Positions 54,075 to 64,000 of a stretch of DNA of 64,000 bases are shown here, one piece after another; the first letter of the stretch is position 1; each line of letters opens with the position of its first letter. Origin of the DNA: Bdellovibrionales bacterium. GTDB lineage: Bacteria > Bdellovibrionota > Bdellovibrionia > Bdellovibrionales > Bdellovibrionaceae. The notes beneath the pieces were generated by a model. It had not been told where the DNA came from. It saw only the letters and a list, made by a program, of their open reading frames with translations, and made no database searches. Position numbers and translations under genes: made by a program. The stretch lies in assembly GCA_046336825.1 (NCBI GenBank), contig JBKDFX010000097.1, positions 2,808 to 66,807 of the forward strand. The letters are read 5' to 3'.

Positions 54075-57000
54075 ATGGCAAATATAAAAGTTGATAATCC
54101 ACATTTAAGACTCGACGAAATTGTCGAAAGACTTCTCGGGGCCAGAGACCGAAATGTCACATTGACGGGCTTTTCCTCAGGCCTTCCCTTGGCTTTTTTG
54201 CTTTCGACGACGCATTCGGTCGCAACTTCGTTTTTGCCACATCTTGTTATTTGCCCTAGTGAGCGCGTTGCTCAAGACTTTCAAGCACTTCTCAAGTTTT
54301 TTAATCCTTCATGTTCTAGCTTTTTGCTGCGCGCATTTGATGTCAGTCCTTACTCAGGACTAACTCCACAGCGATCTATGGCAAGTTCAAGGCTCGAGTT
54401 TTTATATGCAGCTGCCAATCGTGCAAAACCTGGAACTATTTTTATTTCTACACAAATGGCACTTGTCCAAAAGACTTTGCCCTTTTTTGTTTTTAATCAA
54501 CTGTCTTGGTCTCTGAAGAAGGGGGCCCAGCTGAGCTCCAATTTAGGAGAAAAGCTTGTCGAGATGGGCTATCGAGCCGCTCCGGTTGTTGAAGATTATG
54601 GTCAGTTTGCTCTGCGCGGTGGAATTTTAGATCTTTTTTCACCCAGCGAGCGGCAGCCTCTACGTGTTGAGCTTTTTGGAGATGAAGTGGATTCACTTCG
54701 TTTTTTTGATCCCGAAACACAGCGTGGGTTAGAAGAAATTTCGTCGGCGGAAATCGTTCCGGCCAAGGAAGCTCTGTACGTTGAATCAGAATATGAAGGT
54801 CTTATTCAAAGAGTTCGTCGTGATTTCGAAAAACGCTCAGTGCGAGGGCCAGAGGCAGACTCACTTTTGCGGTCGCTGGTTTTAAAAAATGAGATTGAGG
54901 GTCAAGAGTTTCTCATTTCCTCTTTTTACTCTAAGCCTTCACAGCCCTTAGACTATTTTAATTGTGGATACCACACTTGGAAAGTGGACAGCCTTGGTAT
55001 TCAAAGAGAGTTTGATCAATGGCTTCAAGATTTACGCGAAGGCTCGGCTGAAAAAAAACATCACCCGATTTGTCCTCAGCCAGAAGATTTATTTTTGGAG
55101 CCCAGCTTTCTATTAAAGTCGGGCGAGGGAAAACAAATATCTCTTACTTCAATTGAAGAGTTTGGCTCACAAGCTGGACAGGCTTTGGCTAACTACACCT
55201 GCCAAACACCCATTGAAATTTCTCGAATTTCACAAAGTGATGCTTTCGGCTCACCTGCTTGGTTTTTCAAAATAAAGGCACGTTTCAAATCCTATCTGGA
55301 TTCAGGAAAAAGAATTTGGATCACCCATAAGAACTCCACTTCTCTACAAAAAGTTCAGTGGGCTCTTAAGGAAATGGAATTCGATTTTTTAACAGCAAAT
55401 GAACAAGACTTTAAATGGGACGTTTGGCTTCATTCGGCCTATGACAAAATCGTACTTATACCGCGCGGGCTTGATGAAAGCCTATTCTTAGATGAAGAGG
55501 GCCTCTTGATCTTACAAGAGGAAGATTTGCTGGGAAAAAGACAAAGAAAAAAATCGTCGGCCGTTAGCGACTTTCAAAAACAGGCTAAGCGACTCAACTT
55601 TGGCGATCTAAAACCCGGTGACTTCATCGTTCACGTCAAACATGGAATTGGGGTTTATGACGGCCTACAGGTCATGAATGTTGGCGGCGCACCCTCAGAG
55701 TTTATACAAATCAGTTATAAAGATAAGGATAAGCTTTATCTTCCTGTTTATCGGATCAATCAGCTTCAAAAATATTCAAGCAGCACAGTGCAAGTCCCTC
55801 TGGATAAGTTGGGTGGGCACGCCTGGGAGAAAACAAAAACAAAAGTTCGAGGCCATCTTCGTGATCTGGCTGCAGATCTTCTCAAGCTTTATGCACAAAG
55901 AAGCGAATTACATCGCGAGGCCTTTGTTTGGGATGAGGGTGATTTACTTCAGTTCGAGCGTGGCTTTCCCTATGAAGAAACTGACGATCAGTTGCGCGCC
56001 ATTGATGATATATTCAAAGATTTACACTCCACAAAACCTATGGACCGTCTGATATGCGGCGATGTGGGCTTTGGAAAAACTGAAGTGGCTATGCGCGCTG
56101 CCTTTGCTGCTTTGGCCAGTGGCAAACAAGTCGCTGTGCTTGCACCCACCACCGTTTTGACTTTTCAACACTTTGAAACCTTCAAAAAACGCTTTCAAGG
56201 ATGGCCCTTCGAAATACGTGTTTTAAATCGATTTGTTTCAACCGCCGACTCAAAAAAAATTGTCAAAGAAGTAAAAGAAGGAACTGCCAAGCTGCTTATC
56301 GGAACTCATAGAATTTTAAGCCAGGACATTCATTTTAATAATTTGGGTTTACTCATCGTAGATGAAGAACAAAAGTTTGGCGTGGCTCACAAAGAAAAGC
56401 TTAAGAAACTCAAAGTATCAGTTGATACTTTAGCTCTATCGGCGACCCCCATCCCTCGAACTCTCAATATGAGCCTAAATGGCGTTCGTGATTTAAGTCT
56501 TATTAACTCTGCTCCCGTTGATCGTCTTCCCACTCGAACATTTATTTGTAAATTTGAAGCTGAAACTTTTCGCAAAGCCATTTTGGCCGAAATGCAAAGA
56601 AACGGACAAATTTATTTTATTAATAACCGCATTGAATCTATCTATGGTTTAGCAGACGAGTTGCGCGCTCTCGTTCCCGAGGCCCGAATACGAGTGGCTC
56701 ATGGACAAATGCCAGAGCATGAGCTTGAAAAAGTGATGCTTGAATTTTTTAATCACGAAATTGACATGCTCATATGTACTGCGATTGTGGAGTCTGGCAT
56801 GGATGTTCCGCGAGCCAACACCATGTTTATAAACGAAGCTCATCTCTTTGGGCTTAGTCAGCTCTATCAGCTTCGAGGACGAGTTGGGCGAAGTAAACAA
56901 AGGGCTTATTGCTATTTGGTTATGCCAAGAACTAAAGCTCTCGATAAAACCGCTGAAGAGCGACTTAAAGTCATTCAAGAAAACACGGCCCTTGGGAGTG

Positions 57001-57593
57001 GAATAAAAATTGCTCAATATGATCTAGAGATGCGCGGATCAGGCAACATTCTGGGTGATGACCAGTCGGGACACATCAATTCTGTTGGTTACGAACTTTA
57101 TATGGATCTTTTAAAAGAAGCTCTTGCCGCTGCTCATGGTGAAGAGCCTGATGATATTGAATTGGATCCTGAAATTAGTTTGAAAATTCCAGCTCTCATT
57201 CCTGATCAATACATTCCTGATATACGGTTACGGCTCAGCTATTATAAGGCCATGTCAGACATTGAAAGCGAAGCTGAGCTTGAAAATATTGAATCTGAGC
57301 TTATAGATCAATTTGGAGCCCTGCCTGAGTCCGTTACTAATTTAATGGGTCTTATGCTTATTCGTCATGTTTGCAAAAAGTTGAAAGTTCGTGATGTCAG
57401 TGCCGGAGTAAAATCCATTTCTCTTATTTTCACTGACAAAACGCCACTCAAAACCGAGACCCTTATCACTCTGGCCTCCAAAGAAAATAAAAAGTATTCG
57501 ATCACTCCCGACAGTCGTTTGAATATCCGTATGAATAATGTCACATGGACTCAGGTCTATGATGAGCTCAACTATTTGCTAAGACTTATCTAG
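54075..57593 (+). CDS. mfd: transcription-repair coupling factor Mfd
   Basis: 1172 aa. CarD/RID-like segment (GDFIVHVKHGIGVY), SF2 helicase motifs (GDVGFGKTEVA, LLIVDEEQKFG, LSATPIPRT, QLRGRVGRS) and a TRCF C-terminal domain. Confidence 0.95.
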   Translation: MANIKVDNPHLRLDEIVERLLGARDRNVTLTGFSSGLPLAFLLSTTHSVATSFLPHLVICPSERVAQDFQALLKFFNPSCSSFLLRAFDVSPYSGLTPQRSMASSRLEFLYAAANRAKPGTIFISTQMALVQKTLPFFVFNQLSWSLKKGAQLSSNLGEKLVEMGYRAAPVVEDYGQFALRGGILDLFSPSERQPLRVELFGDEVDSLRFFDPETQRGLEEISSAEIVPAKEALYVESEYEGLIQRVRRDFEKRSVRGPEADSLLRSLVLKNEIEGQEFLISSFYSKPSQPLDYFNCGYHTWKVDSLGIQREFDQWLQDLREGSAEKKHHPICPQPEDLFLEPSFLLKSGEGKQISLTSIEEFGSQAGQALANYTCQTPIEISRISQSDAFGSPAWFFKIKARFKSYLDSGKRIWITHKNSTSLQKVQWALKEMEFDFLTANEQDFKWDVWLHSAYDKIVLIPRGLDESLFLDEEGLLILQEEDLLGKRQRKKSSAVSDFQKQAKRLNFGDLKPGDFIVHVKHGIGVYDGLQVMNVGGAPSEFIQISYKDKDKLYLPVYRINQLQKYSSSTVQVPLDKLGGHAWEKTKTKVRGHLRDLAADLLKLYAQRSELHREAFVWDEGDLLQFERGFPYEETDDQLRAIDDIFKDLHSTKPMDRLICGDVGFGKTEVAMRAAFAALASGKQVAVLAPTTVLTFQHFETFKKRFQGWPFEIRVLNRFVSTADSKKIVKEVKEGTAKLLIGTHRILSQDIHFNNLGLLIVDEEQKFGVAHKEKLKKLKVSVDTLALSATPIPRTLNMSLNGVRDLSLINSAPVDRLPTRTFICKFEAETFRKAILAEMQRNGQIYFINNRIESIYGLADELRALVPEARIRVAHGQMPEHELEKVMLEFFNHEIDMLICTAIVESGMDVPRANTMFINEAHLFGLSQLYQLRGRVGRSKQRAYCYLVMPRTKALDKTAEERLKVIQENTALGSGIKIAQYDLEMRGSGNILGDDQSGHINSVGYELYMDLLKEALAAAHGEEPDDIELDPEISLKIPALIPDQYIPDIRLRLSYYKAMSDIESEAELENIESELIDQFGALPESVTNLMGLMLIRHVCKKLKVRDVSAGVKSISLIFTDKTPLKTETLITLASKENKKYSITPDSRLNIRMNNVTWTQVYDELNYLLRLI

Positions 57594-57596
57594 TGA

Positions 57597-58598
57597 TCAA
57601 AATTCAAAATGCAGACTGGCTCCAATGTCCATTTCGTTTTCCAGGTCAGGATCTGGCGAAGACTCGCTCATGTAAGATGTGGATGCATAAACATTGATAA
57701 AAATAGCCGTTATCCCTGTTTCTCGGCGAGATCGATACATTGAATCTAAATCCAGCCAATCTAATCCTATAAGAGCCCCAAATCTGGCGTGATATCCAGG
57801 GTCGGTTGAATATTCAATCACTTCGCCTGGGGCTGCTGAAGTTTCCTCCGCATATTCCGATTGCCAAATTCCAAAGCTGCCGTAAGGGATGAACTGACCC
57901 TCTGAAAAAAGGGAATCCAAATAAAGTGTTGCCGCTCCTGAAAGACGCTGAATTCTAAGCGAGTTGTCTGCACCTAAGCTTTGATTTGTAATATCTAAAA
58001 TTGAATATCCAAATTGAAGCCCTAAGGCACCCCAAGAAAAATTATATTTTGGCCCTAACTCTAAAACAGGCATTGTTTGGCCGTTAGAACCAAAAAGTGT
58101 TTGAAAACTGTTGTCATCAAACTGCGAAATCAGACTTGGGAAATCTACATTTTCTGCGCCAAGAGAAAAAGTCCATCCCCAACGATTTTGTCTTTCTTTA
58201 TAGGGTAAGTATATCGAAGAATTTGACCTGACTTCAACAAGGCCATCTTCTTCTCCGTTTCCCTCAAATGTTTTCGAGGGCGGCCGGAACCTAGAATCTG
58301 CAGTATCTTGCGCGATAGCTGTCTCTTCAATTTCTGAAACTTTTTTGGGCTGTTCCAAAATTTCAAGATCATTTTTATTGGGGACTGGCTCTGATTCAAT
58401 AGTGGAGATTCGACTTGTATCTAGCTCTATGTCTTCTGGGTCAAAATCCTGTGAAGGATTTGTACGAAAGGGTTCTTCCGAGATTTCAAATTCATCACTT
58501 TCTTGAGCCCGAGAATCAACCGCACAGATGAGCATAAAACTACAGGTCAGTATAAAGCGAAGAAGAGTGTTGAAAAAGAAAAGGGCCGTGGTTTTCAC
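57597..58598 (-). CDS. hypothetical outer-membrane protein (acidic N-terminal region plus a small C-terminal beta-barrel-like domain)
   Basis: 333 aa with a signal peptide, a D/E-rich region and Gly/aromatic strand-like repeats. The C-terminus ...GASLHFEF ends in Phe. Confidence 0.55.
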   Translation of the reverse strand: MKTTALFFFNTLLRFILTCSFMLICAVDSRAQESDEFEISEEPFRTNPSQDFDPEDIELDTSRISTIESEPVPNKNDLEILEQPKKVSEIEETAIAQDTADSRFRPPSKTFEGNGEEDGLVEVRSNSSIYLPYKERQNRWGWTFSLGAENVDFPSLISQFDDNSFQTLFGSNGQTMPVLELGPKYNFSWGALGLQFGYSILDITNQSLGADNSLRIQRLSGAATLYLDSLFSEGQFIPYGSFGIWQSEYAEETSAAPGEVIEYSTDPGYHARFGALIGLDWLDLDSMYRSRRETGITAIFINVYASTSYMSESSPDPDLENEMDIGASLHFEF

Positions 58599-58692
58599 AG
58601 CCCTTATTTTAGCTAAGCTTCTGATATTTCTTAAATAGACTTTTGGTTAACTCAACCAACAGACCGTCCAGATTTGCTATCTGGACCCGTCT

Positions 58693-61405
<2,713 letters not shown>

Positions 61406-61408
61406 ACT

Positions 61409-62941
61409 TTACTTCTTGCCTTGGCTTGTTTGGAAAATTGCCTTGAACTCAGTTAGTGCGTCAACCAGTTGCTTTTTTGTAGCATCGTCAATTGCCTTTT
61501 TCTCTGAGATATTCTTGAGCACGTGCGAATGTTTTGTTTTCAAAAACTCAACCATCTCAGCTTCGTATCTCTTAATATCTGTTTCTGGAATTGCGTCTGT
61601 GTATCCATTTGTTACAGAGAAAATCGCAACAATTTGATCTTCCACCTTAAACGGACTGTAAATATTTTGTTTCAACAACTCAACAAGGCGCTTACCTCTC
61701 GCCAATTGTTGTTGAGATGCTTTATCAAGGTCAGATGCAAAAGCAGCAAACGCCTCTAGGGCTCGGTACTGTGCCAGCTCAAGCTTTACGGAGCCAGCCA
61801 CTTGTTTCATCGCTTTGATTTGAGCGGCGCCGCCCACGCGAGAAACTGATTTTCCCACAGAAACCGCAGGTCTAATCCCTTTATAAAACAAATCTGTTTC
61901 AAGGAAGATCTGTCCATCTGTAATTGAAATAACGTTAGTCGGAATGTAAGCAGAGATATCGCCCGCTTGTGTCTCGATGATTGGCAACGCGGTTAGTGAT
62001 CCTCCACCTTTTTCATCAGATAATTTTGCAGCTCGCTCAAGAAGTCGCGAGTGAAGATAGAAAACGTCTCCTGGATAAGCTTCACGACCAGGAGGACGAC
62101 GAAGTAATAATGAAAGCTGACGGTAGGCTTGTGCTTGCTTTGTCAAATCGTCGTAAATAACAAGTGCATGTCTTCCCGTATCTCTGAAGTATTCAGCCAT
62201 GGCCGTGCCAGAGTAAGCCGCCAAAAATTGCATGGGAGCTGGATCTGAGGCATTCGCCGCAATAACTGTTGTATAATCCATGGCGCCGGTTTGTCTCAAT
62301 TTTTCAACCACAAGCGCCACTGTTGATTGTTTTTGACCGATAGCTACGTAGAAGCAATGAACGTTTTGGCCTTTTTGATTAATGATCGTATCAATTGCAA
62401 TAGCTGTTTTACCCGTTTGTCGATCGCCGATGATCAATTCTCGCTGGCCTCGTCCGATAGGAATAAGGGCATCAATTGATTTGATTCCCGTTTGAAGGGG
62501 CTCACTGACGGGTTGACGGTAAACGATTCCGGGAGCCTTTAATTCAACGATTCTTGAGTGTTGAGTGTTGATAGGGCCTTTTCCGTCGATGGGATTTCCC
62601 AAAGCGTCAACCACTCGCCCCAACAAGGCTTCGCCTACTGGAACTTGAACGATCTTTTTAGTTCTTTTGACGGAATCGCCTTCTTTAATGAGTCTGTCTT
62701 CACCAAAAATTACAACCCCGACGAATGATTGTTCAAGGTTTAATGCCATACCCTGAACGCCGCTGGAAAACTCAACAAGCTCGCCCGCCATTACGTGGTC
62801 AAGACCGAACACTCGAGCAACCCCGTCACCAACAGAGATAACACTTCCTGTTTCGCTGACTTCGATTTTTTTGCTGTACTGATTAATTTGCTCGCGAAGA
62901 ACACGGCTTATTTCATCTGCTCGAATCTGACTTGTTTCCAT
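61409..62941 (-). CDS. atpA: F-type ATP synthase subunit alpha
   Basis: 510 aa: Walker [56 protein letters not shown]. Confidence 0.97.
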   Translation of the reverse strand: METSQIRADEISRVLREQINQYSKKIEVSETGSVISVGDGVARVFGLDHVMAGELVEFSSGVQGMALNLEQSFVGVVIFGEDRLIKEGDSVKRTKKIVQVPVGEALLGRVVDALGNPIDGKGPINTQHSRIVELKAPGIVYRQPVSEPLQTGIKSIDALIPIGRGQRELIIGDRQTGKTAIAIDTIINQKGQNVHCFYVAIGQKQSTVALVVEKLRQTGAMDYTTVIAANASDPAPMQFLAAYSGTAMAEYFRDTGRHALVIYDDLTKQAQAYRQLSLLLRRPPGREAYPGDVFYLHSRLLERAAKLSDEKGGGSLTALPIIETQAGDISAYIPTNVISITDGQIFLETDLFYKGIRPAVSVGKSVSRVGGAAQIKAMKQVAGSVKLELAQYRALEAFAAFASDLDKASQQQLARGKRLVELLKQNIYSPFKVEDQIVAIFSVTNGYTDAIPETDIKRYEAEMVEFLKTKHSHVLKNISEKKAIDDATKKQLVDALTEFKAIFQTSQGKK

Positions 62942-62979
62942 TTAACTCCCTTGGTTCTTAATTTTAATTCGTTTTATTT

Positions 62980-63528
62980 TTAGACCGTTGCGCCCAGCAT
63001 CCGCTCTGATATTTTGTCTAGGTGCGCACTCAGGCTGTCATCGAAAGTCCAGCCGGCCACTTCGATTTTAACTCCGCCGACAAGTCCCGCTTGTACACGA
63101 GTCTCAAGCTGAATTTTTTTACCTAAAATACTTGATGCCTTTTTTTCATATTCTAGTTTATGGGCCTCTGCGATGGGCTGGGCAGAAAACAACAGACCTC
63201 TAGTTGTTCCCTGGTCAGCGTCGGACAACTCTTGGCTCGCCTTAACAATTTCTTCCAACAAAGAAAATCTAGCTTTATCAATTAGTAGATATAAAAAAGC
63301 CTGTATGTCGCTTTCAAGCTTTGTTTGAGCGAATAGTTTTTTGAGGATTTCTTTTTTTTCTACTTTGGAAGCCGCTGTGCCCACAAAAAACTGTTTAACA
63401 ACTGAATCCTTGTTTATAGCGCTTGCCGCCTCAGCCAACTGAGCGTGGTAGGCAGAAGCCATTTTTCTTTGGTGGCCAAGCTCATATAAAGATTTAGCGT
63501 ATCTTTTGGCTAGCACTGCCTGGCTCAT
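62980..63528 (-). CDS. atpH: F-type ATP synthase subunit delta (OSCP)
   Basis: 182 aa: LAKRYAKSLYELG ... GGVKIEVAGWTFDDSL, in the position between atpF and atpA. Confidence 0.9.
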   Translation of the reverse strand: MSQAVLAKRYAKSLYELGHQRKMASAYHAQLAEAASAINKDSVVKQFFVGTAASKVEKKEILKKLFAQTKLESDIQAFLYLLIDKARFSLLEEIVKASQELSDADQGTTRGLLFSAQPIAEAHKLEYEKKASSILGKKIQLETRVQAGLVGGVKIEVAGWTFDDSLSAHLDKISERMLGATV

Positions 63529-64000
63529 ATTCGTACTCCATCAAACTGTTTTACAAACTGATCTTGAAGTTTGGCCTGATCGCTTTGGCTGGTGTCTTTT
63601 TTTAATACTTCTCGCGCCATGCTCACGGCCTCATTAGCCACTGCTTTGTGAAGCTCCCTTTGCGCTCTTAGGGTCTCTGATTTGGCAGCCTCGGAAGCTT
63701 CTGATTTTATTCGACTGGCAAGAGCATTGGCCTCTGTTATAAGTTGTTTTTTCATGTCAGCAGATTCCGCCCTTGCTCGTTCAACACTTTCTGCCGCGCT
63801 CGATTCAAGCTTTTGCAATCGAAGACTGATTTCATTTACTTTTGCCTCAGCCTCTTCCCGGATTTTTTTAGACTTGTTGGCTGATGCTAAGAAGTCTTCT
63901 CTTTTTGAAGAAAAGAAAGTTTTTACTTTCTTCCCAGCCAAAAAATAGAGACCCGTAAATAGTATAGCCAGATTGGCTGCCTGCCAAAAAACAACTGTTG
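63525..64000 (-). CDS. atpF: F-type ATP synthase subunit b (partial; N-terminus beyond the window end)
   Basis: The frame stays open from 63941 up to the window edge. It encodes a TM helix (...TVVFWQAANLAILFTGLYFLAGKK) followed by a long charged coiled coil (REEAEAKVNEISLRLQKLESSAAES...). The ORF-track start at 63941 is an internal TTG. Confidence 0.88.
   Translation of the reverse strand, partial: TVVFWQAANLAILFTGLYFLAGKKVKTFFSSKREDFLASANKSKKIREEAEAKVNEISLRLQKLESSAAESVERARAESADMKKQLITEANALASRIKSEASEAAKSETLRAQRELHKAVANEAVSMAREVLKKDTSQSDQAKLQDQFVKQFDGVRI

Noticed and set aside
57591-57599. The 3-bp convergent junction between mfd and the downstream OMP gene as a regulatory feature.
   Set aside because: It is only tight packing. 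There is no hairpin or repeat, and nothing beyond the general observation that several convergent pairs in this window lack terminator space.
58662-58691. A hairpin downstream of atpC (GTCCAGAT-TTGCT-ATCTGGAC) as an intrinsic terminator.
   Set aside because: The stem is only 8 bp, and on the transcribed (minus) strand it is followed by GGTCTGTTGGTTGAGT rather than a U tract. This is insufficient for a confident terminator call.

Overview
This window is a densely coding chromosomal segment from a diderm (Gram-negative) bacterium. The sequence looks AT-rich, but I did not compute GC. A Bdellovibrio-like or deltaproteobacteria-like origin is only a guess, based on gene content (PilT, many secreted proteases, LolA-like and FtsX systems). 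I support about 62 protein-coding genes. I found no rRNA, tRNA or CRISPR array by eye.

Most of the window is housekeeping:
- nadE
- rimO, lolA, comF
- the obg, nadD-rsfS, rlmH cluster
- rplU-rpmA and RNase G
- pilT followed by a deoC-deoA-PNP nucleoside-salvage block
- asnS
- an acyl-CoA carboxylase cluster (carboxyltransferase, biotin carboxylase, BCCP)
- tatA/B-tatC
- an M16 peptidase
- hemW-grpE-J-protein
- two DksA/TraR paralogs followed by lon
- a nuo operon holding only the seven membrane-arm genes (A-H-J-K-L-M-N)
- mfd
- the F1/stalk part of the ATP synthase operon (atpF-H-A-G-D-C)

Accessory or unusual content:
1. A 1.2-kb AT-rich islet sits between a perfect 39-bp direct repeat that duplicates the overlapping 3-prime ends of the BCCP gene and tatC. 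It carries a decayed IS3-type orfA and a small secreted-protein gene.
2. A six-gene envelope operon encodes an ABC ATPase, two FtsX permeases, a LolA-like protein and two candidate beta-barrels.
3. In-frame stop codons in rplU (TAG) and in the biotin carboxylase gene (TAA) are each followed by long, coding-looking in-frame extensions.
4. nadD and rsfS are fused into one reading frame.
5. An atypically long protein carries a perfect Flp-type prepilin motif.
6. The two DksA-like paralogs have complementary degenerate motifs.

I see no recognisable defence system, prophage or CRISPR locus. All family assignments come from motif recognition in the supplied translations and have not been checked by database search.
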